This document shows, piece after piece, positions 37,690 through 64,000 of a stretch of DNA of 64,000 bases. The translations under genes and the position numbers were made by a program. The notes beneath the pieces were generated by a model that did not search any database, had not been told where the DNA came from, and worked only from the letters and a program-made list of their open reading frames with translations. Each line of letters opens with the position of its first letter. Position 1 is the first letter of the stretch. This DNA comes from Balanoglossus misakiensis (taxonomy: Eukaryota > Animalia > Hemichordata). The DNA is taken from NCBI GenBank assembly GCA_040954595.2, contig CM082585.2, positions 8,139,404 to 8,203,403 of the forward strand. Direction: 5' to 3'.

Positions 37690-37960
37690 GCAAGTCGCCA
37701 TTTTGTCATCGTACACAGTCGTCTGCTCAACGATCTTGATTCATCTTATTTTGGTGTTAAAACACAACGATTTTTCGACTTCTCTATTCGACCGATTAGT
37801 ACAGCTACTCGTAACAGTTACCAGGCATGGTTTGAGAGAAAATGCCTCGTAATCCCAGCTCAAATTACACATTTGTTGGACTGTCCGTTGCACGCACGTG
37901 GCCGGTGTCGTCTGCAATCTGCACGAATACGCGCGTGGCCGGATATGACGTCATTGATCC
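37690..37960 (-). promoter_or_regulatory. Probable promoter/5' region of the giant gene
   Basis: CpG-richer segment just upstream of the signal-peptide ATG. Contains a YY1-like AAAATGGCG (minus strand, ~37697-37705), E-box CACGTG (~37896) and CRE TGACGTCA (~37946). TSS not determinable. Confidence 0.4.
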
Positions 37961-39047
37961 TCACGCAAACCACTTGTACGCTACTGTTCATTTGTAAGTT
38001 TTCCTTGTTTTAAAAGCTCACAAGATATTTTGTGATTTGATTTTGCAGTAGTAAAGTTTACTATCGATTTCTTTTTATTTGCGAATACTGTGGAGTCGGA
38101 CCATGGTCACTAGTACAGGCCCTCATCGATTTCCCTCAAGAAAACGACAAGTCTTTTAGATTCGTTAAATTTATTTTTTTAATCACAAAAACTGCAAAAA
38201 ACGTAGGCCTACATCAAGGGGGAAAACACTAGCAAAGTGAACACTGGTTCGCTTTATCGCAGACCAATAAAAAGAGTTTTCTTTGCGATGCGTTAAGCGT
38301 AAACAATGATCAAATCTCAGTCCCTCACCCCGCCGCGCCCGCCCGACCCCCGTAAAATTAGAGGGCACTTATGAACTGTAGTGTCCATTTTATTTTCTTA
38401 CGCTGACTGTATGCCATCTGTCACCGACGAGTGGTTGGCCTTGCTGAACTAATGGGCTGAATCGTCCCCATCAAATTGCACAACGATCATTTTATGAAAG
38501 CCACACCTGTGAGGACGCTTTTCAATCTTGAATGGTTTCCGTCCGCAGCCAACAATACGTTCGAGGTTCGGGATGAACCTATTCACCTACACCTATTCAC
38601 CAGATACTGAGTATTTACTACAATCACTTGGGGCCAACTTTGAGTTAATATGTTGACCAAAAAAATATGAGACATGTCGGAATTTTCTTTGTATGTTCAC
38701 ACAGATAGGCCTTACAGCGATTTTTTTTATGTTACACGGCCTCTCCATACTGGGTGTCAGTACATTAATAATCAGACCACGGCGGCCTTTAGGCTCTATG
38801 GATCCTCCACCCTGTTTTGTTGTGTTCAGTATACATCCAAGAGTATTCACAAGCACAATGGCATCTTTCAACTAGAATAACTAGAATAAGACATGCTGTA
38901 CATTATGACTGGAAGATTCGCATTAAAGAGAGGGCTGCACCCAGAGGTTTAACATCTCTTTCATATCCAAACAATATTGTAAGGGAACTATTAAAACGCT
39001 GGTTTTTAACGACCTTCACATAGGAGTATAGCAAAGGACACGTTTCA

Positions 39048-39177
<130 letters not shown>

Positions 39178-40845
39178 AGCTCAACTCTAGGTTGGCAACA
39201 TGGTATGCAGTCATTGCCTATTAGGCCCTGCAGTGCCTTAGACAACGAAGGCGTGAGCGACCTCCAACAGTCTAAATTCTGTTATTTTATTATAAAAGTG
39301 TGGACAAAAGCTGCTTCAATTCCTTTGCCCTGAACGAAACAACGCCCTTTTTATTAACCCATTAAGTCAGGTCTTGGCAGAGAAAAACCTGACGTTCACT
39401 TTTTTCCCCCCGAAGGTTAAAGAAACCGACCGACACCAAATCAACAATACGGGATATGTGTTGAATATATCAAACAACCTACCAACAACAATTCAAAAGT
39501 TACGCGCTGCTATACAATGAGAGCGTAGCTATAGAGGGGTGGGGAAGGTATAAAGCCTTGTACACTATGAAGGACGCAAACATAAATGAACAAAGAATTT
39601 TTGCCCCGACATACTTTGACTTATATCGAAAAAATGAGTTCTCAGGCCGTCTTGACAACGTTCAATGTATGTAGGTCCCCTTCATGGAGCGGTAAAATGG
39701 ATTTACCCTTTTGTGAAAAAAATAAACTCACTTTCTTCTGAATATGAGTTAGTATATGAACATTGAAAAATGTAATTTGAAAGTTAAGTACATGTACAAA
39801 TACTTTTGAAGAAAATTAACGTAACTGACAGGATTTTTTCCAAACAATTAAAGTTTAAACGCCCGATTTACCTCGAGAGATGCATTTTGGCATCAATGCC
39901 ATGTATCAGGTATGCACCTTAGGAACTTGCAACTCTGTGTATGTGTTCGATACTCTCGTCTATTTAAATGTAGGCCTGTACTGCGCATGACAACAAACTT
40001 TTGAAACTCTATGAAGTCGAAGTAAGGAGGTCTGGAGTTACTCACCTTCGGTCCACCGGATTTGAAGACCAATGGAAATGATTTATCCAAGTTAGTCGAT
40101 GAATCTTGTTCTGCACTCCGAGCAAGGCGAAAAAGACGCGTAAAGTGGCGATATTAAAACAGTTATGAAGTTAGATATACGGGCACGCCTAATCGGAGTA
40201 TGCATTTGATATGCAAATCTTGAAGATGAATCGAGGAGGGCAGGGTTGTAGTATATTCTTCTTGTATAGCCATGGGTTCACAATTCCCGCAACTGGACAT
40301 TCAGTCTTTGTTGTTGGGCGCATTCTGACTTTTAATTGCTGGCCTTTGTTAATACAGTACCTTCAAAAGCTCGAAGTTTTAGGTCGTTTACAGACACCGT
40401 TCTTGACATCAAGAGGAGAATAAAAACGTATGTCTTAAGGATAGATCATAAGACCCGACCTTTCCTTACGCCCTTTTACTTCAATGTACAGAACTTGAGA
40501 AGTCGTTAATTTTTTTATGCGAATAAATTTCTTCAGTGACTTGGGACGAGGGAGTGGCATATTAGTTTAACTTTTCTTTAACTTCTGCCCAAAGTCATTA
40601 TGTTTATAGGTATGGATGGGTGTTCAATGCTGAGAGATCCTAAGTGTGAAGTGAAGCTGTAATACAGTGAAGTCACACGCATCTGTTAGGAATGTTGACA
40701 CTTAACGCTGTTAATAATTTGACAACTCCAACAATGACAGAGGTTATTACACAATGTATGTATCTTATAAACATGGTTCAAAGATTTAAAGACATGTAAT
40801 GAATGAAAACTTAAAAAAATACAGCATTATTTTTGTATTAAAATG

Positions 40846-40851
40846 TTTATT
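40846..40851 (-). terminator. Candidate poly(A) signal AATAAA for the distal ATP11 isoform
   Basis: TTTATT on the + strand, at the end of an AT-rich ORF-poor tract ~2.6 kb downstream of the candidate last exon. Position only, no transcript data. Confidence 0.3.
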
Positions 40852-43418
40852 CACTGCTTTGGTAGAATCATTCTATCCTTTCAAACTAAAATTACACCAT
40901 CTGTTCATTACTGAAATGGCAGAAAAAATACTCTATTAGACAAAAATACTCCCACATTATTGACAAACTCACGGAGCATATTTTCAGTAGTAATATAATG
41001 TAACACCTGATTGGCTGCTGTCATGGTAATTATACAAAACTATATGTAAATCTCAGGCAGCTGCTGATTGGTCAAGTTCACCACATCATGATAACGACTA
41101 GCAACTGCTGACAACACAAAGTGACTTACTGGTACTATTTCACTAAATTACTGATTGTTCGAAACTGTATATACAGCCAGCGTTAATTTCTGAGAACAGT
41201 CCCAGACAATCTGTGAACAAAGAAATCACACAATAGTCGAGGCAATTACCAGAAGTCCCAATGATTTACAAAGCGGTGGAAATGCAGGTTGATTCTGTGT
41301 CTATTAAGCCACAAAACGGGTACACGTACTTGGTTGTTGATATGTCAAATTGTATCAAGCATCACCTGCACAATATTACTATGCACATCACAGAATTATA
41401 TCAACCATCAGATATTTCTTCGCTATGAACCGACCAGCATGCGAGTTTGCATTTGGTGTAATTAGACTGCACTGATTGTCTACAATGCTAACAAATCAAT
41501 GAACACATTCTAATCCACAACACAAATCTGTACCAATTTTCAGAATGATTGAGGTCATTTTGATTCACATCAAAACAAATGTAATTGCCACTGTACACAT
41601 ACAATTACGGAAGACATCAAAATGTGATCTACATGTATCTGATGCTGTAGTTTTCATACAGGTTTTTCTACTGATTGGCATAAGTATTTGCATAAAAGAT
41701 ACTAATTTGCATAATTAGGTTGACGAAACCATCCACCTACACGCACTTAGAAAAAAGCATACATGTCATCAAAGAACTCACTACCATCTTGACATCTATC
41801 AATACGAATTTTAAAATATTTAGTGACAATCTGAAAGCGTGTGTTCAAAGTATAACTTATAGTTAATATTTGCATATATTTTACATAATGTACATTCTGA
41901 AAAAGGTTAAATTTTAGTGAAACAAATAATGGAAAAATCACCCAAAATGTCTGGTATTATTAAGGCATTGCTGCACTCTACTGTTTATGTACAAACTGTG
42001 TTTTTTTCTAGATTTCTTCTTACACATCTTGTTACGGAAATAAATCACCCAAACAAGACTGAAATTGAAGAGTTCACTAAGTGAATTTTTGTTATTGTTT
42101 GAACAAAGTCTGTTCACAGTTCTTTGAATAAAATGACTTAATGTGATACAATGAATTATGAAGTCAAGCAGTGTGGTACAGGGATTGCACATTCACGCAA
42201 AAATGGCAGCTAATCAGTCATGTTTTAAGCTCATGGTGCAAAATTATATTCAAATTCAATAGTGTTAATAATATACTGCTCATAAGGAAGTTTGGGACAT
42301 AGTCACTCTGAAATTCCGATATAAATGATTACAGGTAGATGAGTAATGGCTACATAATTTAGTATGGTCTTTGGTTATTGCACTAAGCTCTTGAGTTACG
42401 TTTTACCACACTGACATCAAAGAATCTGACCTGATGGTCCTAGTGGTATAACACTACACTCTTAATTAATACCACAGGCTATACCTATCAAGTACTGTGA
42501 TGTGACTACATTTGAAACTTGTCAACTTCACGCGACAAGACTTTCACACATCATTTAAATTTAACTTACTGGATATTTTATCACAGGATGATTTTGATGA
42601 GGAAAATGTGTAAATATCCAAAAGGGACAAACCAGAACAAAAAGAGCTTAAATATAACTGTATCCAGAGGTCTTAGAGAAAGCAAATCCATTCAAAGAAG
42701 TTATAGAATGATTTGGTATAGTGAAAATCCAGATTCATGAAGTTAAACACAAACTGATTTCTTCCATGCTTACAGACTTGTTACTGCAGTGAATAAACTT
42801 GAAAACTTGTTGTTTTTGTACTTTGAATAATTACATTCCTGTGTGCATGAAATTAAATTACCAACTCCAGTGCCGATTGGGGTTTTAAGATAAATACTTT
42901 GCATGTGGTCGATTAAAACAACATTGAACAATAGTTTAATAGCAGCAAAGAACATGGAAGATTGTAGTAATGTAGGAAAATTTTGATCTGCAGAATGGAC
43001 GTTTTTTGTAGATTGGAAGAAACACTTTGATTCAATTAAAGACTTCCACATAGTCATCAATTAAGGCATATTGGATGAAATGACCCAGCATTCTATCCTG
43101 TGATACTTTTGCTCTGAATATTTAAGATGACTATCATGATTAAAAGTTATCCACACTTCAATTTGTAGGGCACGATTGTTCATTGGCAGAATCTCTTGGA
43201 AAAACTATGGTCGATTCAATCACATGGTTACATTACTACAAAGATCAAGGCACCATTTTTTGTAAGTACAATTTATACATTTGCTTCAAAATATAAAAGT
43301 CACAATTTCTAGCATCATCAACTTTACAAAAAATTCTATGATTTTTTTTAAGTACAGAAAGTGCCATCTCTGGGGAATAGATTAGAAAGTTATATTTTAC
43401 ATCATTAAAATATATATT

Positions 43419-43614
43419 CTATCTCGTTGCGGAATCACGTGTTGGTCCTCCATCTGGTTGATATGTCGGATTGAAAAAGGACGTAAAATGTTGGTAGTGG
43501 CTTGCGGACATCTCGATGGCTTCTCGTCCATGTTTTGTGTTCTGTCTTCTCCTGTACATCTTGGAGAGTGGAGTCTTCTCGCTGATGGAGTTGTATTGTT
43601 TCAGAGATGCGTAT
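43419..43614 (-). CDS. Candidate alternative terminal exon of ATP11
   Basis: Acceptor ttacttag|A. GC-richer island in AT-rich surroundings. One frame gives YASL, YNSI and FFNPTY; another gives DTHL-stop. Confidence 0.5.
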
Positions 43615-43915
43615 CTAAGTAATTGTCTCTGTGGATTGAAAGAAACAATGCCCAATCACAAGATAGTTCAAATATGGGTAAAAATATAGGACAAGAGATA
43701 AGTTCAGGAAAACGGCTAATAAACAGCACCAACTTTTTAAAGACTAAAAACAATTCATCTAATTTAAGTTTTCATAAACAAGCCAAATAATCTGAATATT
43801 CTGACAAACTGGCTTTACCAGTATTTTTGTTTTAGATTCAATTACACAGGTGCACATTGTTTTGTAAATAACCATATTGCCAGTGTGTGCACAGATACAT
43901 AAAAGAGTAGTCCTG

Positions 43916-44111
43916 CCCAGACCCCCTTCCTGTACCATCTGATTCTATTATCCTATTTTCAGCTTTGAATTTTGTTCTTTATGATAACAAAATTTATAAA
44001 ATTCATTAATAAAATGTACAATAGCTTGGTGGAATTAACCGATACATAGATGTCTTTTTGAAATTAGTAATGTACAACTTTAGAATCAGATGGTACATAG
44101 AGAAGACTGGG
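43916..44111. mobile_element. Short element with a 17-bp perfect subterminal inverted repeat
   Basis: TGTACCATCTGATTCTA (43931-43947) and TAGAATCAGATGGTACA (44081-44097); outer CCCAG/CTGGG. Confidence 0.6.
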
Positions 44112-45068
44112 TGACCTAAATGACATGACCAACTACAAATGAGTTACAAAATTGTTGTGGTAATTAACAGAAGTAAGTCATAGCACTGAATTGTTAGTTC
44201 TGCTGCAGAAATTGCAATTGCAAGAAGCAACGTCTGTTAGTAATCAAAAGCAAAATAAAGAGGTTTTATGCAAAAGTACATATCAAAATATGCAGATGAA
44301 TATACAGCCAACAGAAAGAAAGATACAGTACAACTAAATGGAAAAAGTGCTGTGAAAGGCATTCACATGGACAAAGTTTGGTTTGGTTGTTAGTAATATT
44401 ATTTGGTGAAGGGTGTCTTAATGCAGTGTAAGTCTGCCATTATCTGTACCATTTTATACATGCATGGCTAAGACAAGCAAGTTTCATGCTCAATAAACCA
44501 CAAGGAATGACATAACCAAAGTCACATTACTTCTATCATAGAACCTGGAGTGAGTATTTGCAAATTAGCGTTGTGTTTTTCTGAAAATTGAACTTTGACC
44601 CTGACAGTGCAGTGAAATCACAACAAACTAAACAATATTGACCAATTACTGCAATTATGACAATTAATTGAATGTCAAGGATTGATATTTTGTTTAAGCT
44701 TTTAAAGTTTGAAATATTGCAAGTAGTGACAACTGGGCATTACTTTTCTATATAAAATAAAAAAACACAGTTTGGTGATTATTACATTAGGCTTTCTGGA
44801 TAGACTTTTGTGCTATTTCAGTTAGTGTTTTAGAAGTTAACAGTCGAAAAGAAATAGAAGTGGATAGTTTGCACCAGGCCAATCGTGTTCAATTTCTCAG
44901 AGAAACCAATAATAACATGAAATTGCATCTTACATGCCACAGTGCCAGGTAATTGCTGTACATCTAGTTGTAAACAAGCAAATATGCAAAAAAATCTACA
45001 TTAGTTATGATCCATAACATTTAATCATTATAATATTCATGTGTGGATGGGTAAGATGAATATCCTTC

Positions 45069-45380
45069 ATTATATTATACCAGTATATTGATGGTGTAAA
45101 TCACGCTATTTGATTAGTCGATACACGACACGTGACCGTGATATATTAGCCATATACCACAGTCATATATCATAGTCAAAGAAAATGCCTTTTTAAAATG
45201 TTTTATGCAAAGTTTCAATATACTGGCATAATATAATAGCAATAAAACACCCCCAGCCATGGTATACCACTCGATTTTGACCAGTTCAACTCCATATACG
45301 CACTCGCTATCGCTCGTGCGTATATGTCGTGAACTGGTCAAAATCTCGTGGTATACCATGGCTGGGGGTGTTTTATTGCT
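45069..45380. mobile_element. Composite foldback non-autonomous element: inverted-repeat-bounded segment plus a 143-bp hairpin
   Basis: TATATTATACCAGTATATT (45071) pairs with AATATACTGGCATAATATA (45217). Segment 45238-45380 is a near-perfect palindrome. Confidence 0.75.
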
Positions 45381-46370
45381 TAATGGATGGATGGATGAAA
45401 ATGATTGCACAGACACATCAAAGTGTACAGCATTGAAGCTGCTTTCGTCAGTTTTTTCAAGTAGCTATAGGATCTTGCATTGAACTACGCATCTATACAG
45501 CAGCAACAAAAGAAGGCCAATTCATAAAACAAAATAATGCATGTGAAAGTTCCACCATCTGAGTCTTTTGTTTCTACACACTGCTTTGCTTCAGCACAGA
45601 TCATAAAAAGTTTTAAACAGAGAAAAAAGGAAAAGAAAGATGAAACAGAATATTTTGAAAGCATTGTTAGTCACCAAGAATCATTTTTAAGATTTTAGTA
45701 CTGGAAAATTTATTTTTATTCTCTGGGCTAATTTTTGTTTCCTGCCAGGAAGTTATGTTGTCCTCTTTCATGAAACAAGCTGATTTATCAGGAGAACTTG
45801 GTCAATGTACAATTGAGCATGTTTCAGTGAAAAGAACAACATAAATAACCGGTCAATGAAACAAAAATAACCTTAGTATAATTATCACTTTTAATATATC
45901 TTTCTACAATCATTTTCTATCTTATTATATACTATACTATACTATTCTATACATATATACATGTATTCAACATGGTTCAAATACTACACTATACCATAAC
46001 TGTTAGCGCAAATTAAAATGTGAGCTACAATCAACACACACAATGAGCATGAACAAGCATGCTGATGCAAGATGTTAGGGCAAAAAGCAGGAAGATTTAG
46101 GATAGGATATATGGTTTCAGTTGAGTTAACACGTAAGTACACATACACAATAACACCTTAACACACAATAGCAGTAACACCCATTTAGCACAAAATTTGA
46201 AAGTAATGTGGATTTCATAACATTTAGTTTTTAGTGTATTTTTTTCTGGAATTCAGAAACGATTCTACCGAAACGCTTAGATGCTATTAGTCTTCTATGT
46301 ACGAAACATCTGAGTTTGAAATCCACAGTACTCTCATAAACAACTATATGGAAGTATGTCACCGGTTTAC

Positions 46371-46476
46371 CTATGAGTTGTGCATGGGAGTGGGATATAA
46401 GTAGCCGACCCGATCTCTTTGTAAATGAAAGCACTAAGGGCTTAGAATATCGGCTGCCATGAGCCAGCTTCTGGTA
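46371..46476 (-). CDS. Candidate alternative ATP11 tail exon (YQKLAH..., phase 0 to 1)
   Basis: tttttacccatag|TACCAGAAGCTGGCTCAT...CTCATAG|gtaaac; open for 106 nt. Confidence 0.4.
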
Positions 46477-47243
46477 CTATGGGTAAAAAATGACACACAG
46501 AGAAACGGTAAACAATGAGAGAAGCATGAAGGCATTGAAAAATCGCATGCTCCCCACACAAGTGGTCACATGCTGATCACATGATTTCCATTCAAGGTCA
46601 CATGGCAGCTGCTGATCTAAAAAAAAGAAGAAGTAAAGATAGACGGATACAGGGGGAAAGAGAGACAATGTTGATATATGTACCTGAATCAATGAATGTT
46701 GACGTGACGTGAAACCACAATATACCGGGTGTGTCATGACTTATTTTTGGCGGAAAAGTTGAAAACTTGCAAAGCAACTCAATTCGGCAAGCAACAAACC
46801 ATGGTGGCGTGTTTCCAACAGGCAATTTTTTTTCAAACAGAGCCACACACTTGCATGACATTTCTTCCATGGCGTTCATTAGTATTTTTGCAAAACATTA
46901 TATGTGCCCATGTTAGACCATGCAATTTGCTGGCATTGCTGTTTTGTGGCAACCACCTAGCCATGTCCGCAAAAGATGTTCTGAAACAGCGAAGCCTGTT
47001 TATGAACAAGAAATAGACGGTTCACCTTTTTGGCAAGTACTCAGAACTTCAAAAGGATCCAAATAGGTCACACGTCCAAGTCGACATATCCAAGATTAGC
47101 AAATTTCATTCTCTACAAAAAAAATTCCACCAAACAAGCATCATGTGAGAGCCAGAAAATTAACACACAGAGAGTTCCCTCAAGTTTTCAACTTTTCCTA
47201 ACAGGCTTGGATTGTCTTTACCCTCTGACCCCTGACCTCTCAC

Positions 47244-47313
47244 CTGTCACTACAGGCCCCAATGCAGATAGTTCAGCCTCAACTGGTACATGGAGATGGA
47301 CTAGTTTCTGGTA
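47244..47313 (-). CDS. Candidate alternative ATP11 tail exon (YQKLVH..., phase 0 to 1)
   Basis: ctgtccatag|TACCAGAAACTAGTCCAT...GTGACAG|gtgaga; open for 70 nt. Confidence 0.4.
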
Positions 47314-47893
47314 CTATGGACAGTTTGCATAAGAGAAGGTCAATAACAAAATCACAAACTAAAAAATATCAACTAGTGACTGGCTTTGGAGAGAAGATAG
47401 AGAAGAGACAAGAGGTTTTTAAGAGCAGAAAAGAGATCACTTTGTATAAAATACCAAGAGATGAAAAATATCACAACACTATAAGTTATACTTCAAGCTA
47501 CAGTATGGGGATGCAAATTAATGGTTTGTTGAATACATTAACTGTCAAAAACTACAACCAGGTACACCTTTTTTCAGGAGAAAAAAGTTCTACTTAATCA
47601 GCATGCCATATAAAAATGAATGAATTACTAAAAAAGCTTTTCCCCTGTTATCACTGAAAAAACTAACAATACAGATCTAAGCTAATACACATATCCACCA
47701 AATTTTAAACAGTGCTGGTTGCTATGGTTATGAAAATCACCTGGGAAAGAACATGTTTCTATGTAGGCAATATTTGTAAGGTAATGAAAGACCAGAAATA
47801 ATCTGGCATGACATTGGATGGGCGATGTGTCTCACTACAGTGAGATAAAGATTTCAACAGCATGTGTACCACCAGTTCGCACAATGCATTTAA

Positions 47894-47982
47894 TAACCCT
47901 TTAAACACAATAGTTTAGTCCAACTCCATTGTTTCAGTGGTAGAAAAAGAATCTGCACACAGGGGGCAGGGGTGTAAGGGTT
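47894..47982. mobile_element. ~90-bp AACCCTT...AAGGGTT MITE (piggyBac-like ends), reverse copy
   Basis: Reverse complement shares AAACAATGGAGTTGGAC.AAAC with the copies at 56568 and 59264. Confidence 0.6.
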
Positions 47983-49626
47983 GGGAAATTCACAAAATGG
48001 TGAATATCAAAGAACTTAAACTACACGGTAGGGTGTTTTAACATGGTAGTTCTGTTACAAATGGAATCTCACGAATAACTTCTAACTCTTTTCTGACCTA
48101 ACAGTGCACAGAAAGTAATACCACATATTTCAAAACTTATATCACCTAACGTCAGTTTGACCAAGCTTAACACATTAAGGCACTTGCCAGAAAAGACTAC
48201 TACAACATGCATTTCATTTCCACACATCTTGAAAGTTTATTTGATGATCCTAATTCACATTTCCATTGTTTAGTTTTTATAACTAATAATATAAAACTAG
48301 TGGTTTCAATTCTTAGAATAGAGATGGAGATATGTTTTGAGACAGTGTGTGAGACAAGAAAGTAGCCGGGCACAGGCCATGGTGTTTTCATACAAATGTG
48401 TGCGTACATGTATCTACAACAAGTACAAACTGTCACAGCTGGTCGCATGCCGAGTTCAGCCAGGAATTTTGACTAGTGACCGGCTATTATCTCCCTCACT
48501 AATAAGAATCCTTAATCATTACTTCAATACGTCTGCAACAACATACAAAGGCATGTGTCTTATCTCAAGATGTTTTATCTGTGTGAATCGACAGCCATAC
48601 TATTCTGAAATGAGATACAATACAAACAGGAATATTGTTACAAAAAAAAATATCCAAAAAGAAATCATACTTCAAATCTTTATAATTCCCTAATGTAAAG
48701 ATTCTCATCGAGTTCACACTCTTAATATTGAGGTCATCTCAAGATATTTATCAATGTATAACTTGTGTCATTAAAATTAATAAAAATGTATTTATATTTT
48801 TCTTCTATTTTGACATAAAACATTTGTCACAGTACTGTAGTCTAGTTTGACTATTCATCAATGCCCCCACTACTGTATTTTTCACTATTTTTTCTTAATA
48901 ACATGACAATCACAAATTTTAGAAAAGCAAACATACGAAATGAAACCCGAACAAATTCTTTGTTAACAAACGTCAAATTGAAGAAACATATCAAAATCAA
49001 AATGACATCAAGATCTATTTTGGTTTAAACGTCAAAATATAAATTCAAATTCCCATATAAAAATACAAGAAAGTTGTCAATTCTTTTCTATCTCCTACCA
49101 AACCATTGTATCAAAATTTCTAATTAAATTAATCCATTTAACAACTTCCACATACTTGGTAGTCCTATTTCTTGGACAGCAATGTTTCTATCACTTTCTA
49201 CAAATCATTTCGTTGCTGAAGGAAATTGTTAAATTCAACACGTAAATTTCATGATTTGGTTTATCTTTTTCCTCTGTCTAGAAAATATGGCTTTCCATGA
49301 TATTTGTCTTACATATTCATGTCACAGTCGAGTTCATTTACCAGCATATTCCAAATCAAAACCTAACATACTTTTTATTACCCTAAAAGTTTAAAGTGTA
49401 AGGAACTTGATAAACTCAGCTAATGCAGTAATTATAATACTGAATGACACTAACTGTAACTTTTGCTAATATATCCAAAACAGGGAGATGGCTACAACGG
49501 CCAAACCATGTATTATACCGGTATGTACGGTTGAATGAGGTTAGTCCTGTCTCTCTGATATGTCAATATTTTTTTCAAACTTACTTTCCCTAAGTGGAAT
49601 GTTTGTTATTTCAGTTGCTTACTTGT

Positions 49627-63547
<13,921 letters not shown>

Positions 63548-64000
63548 CTGGTGAAAGAGACACAAGAAGAAAAGGGGGAAAATTGAGCGAAATTACTCTA
63601 CAAGGACAATTTCTGTGTATTAATTTCATTTTACTAATAGTAGGACTATAGCATTGACTGTTTTCATTAACAACATAGAAATTACACACATCCAATATCT
63701 AAAATATATTTAATATTATTGACAGCATTCTTTTCAAGACCTTTGAGACTTAATTCAAATTCTATTTGAAGCAAAAGGAAAGGCTACACTGCCAAGTTCA
63801 GTTTTTTAAGTTATCCAGACTTAGTATTAAGAACGTGACGACTCAACTCTAGCGAGACTTATAATGTTTAACAAGTTGATCTGACAGCCAGCTAATACCA
63901 TTAGTCCCAGAAAGACACACACACACACACCCTACATGCATTAGCAGTGTACTCCAGGTAATTGGATGTAATTCATTAAAGCCGGGTCCACTTTTGCAAA

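Overview
Eukaryotic, intron-rich, AT-rich animal DNA, plausibly from an invertebrate deuterostome (inference only). It has three parts. (1) 1-~10830 is a homogeneous tandem satellite of 88-bp monomers (~123 copies) with nested variant blocks. It ends through degenerate monomers into transposon-like sequence. (2) 11815-37578 (minus) is one giant gene. I traced 32 GT-AG coding exons with consistent phases, giving ~6157 aa. The order is: signal peptide; DDR-type DS-like domain; F5/8C discoidin; four Bark/Anakonda-like right-handed beta-helix modules (one with an inserted CUB exon); EGFs; IPT/TIG; Ig-like folds; an unnamed module present twice around a 40-aa mucin repeat array; eight atypical cadherin repeats; Thr/Ser stalk; TM helix; ~17-aa tail. 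(3) ~43.4/49.6-63.5 kb (minus) is an ATP11-clade P4-ATPase lipid flippase whose first exon lies outside the window. It has two 187-nt mutually exclusive TM6 exons separated by an intronic RNA stem with strand-specific G-U pairs, plus candidate alternative C-terminal exons carrying sorting motifs. MITEs, a SINE remnant and microsatellites are scattered through introns. All exon models and domain calls were made by eye; no searches were run.
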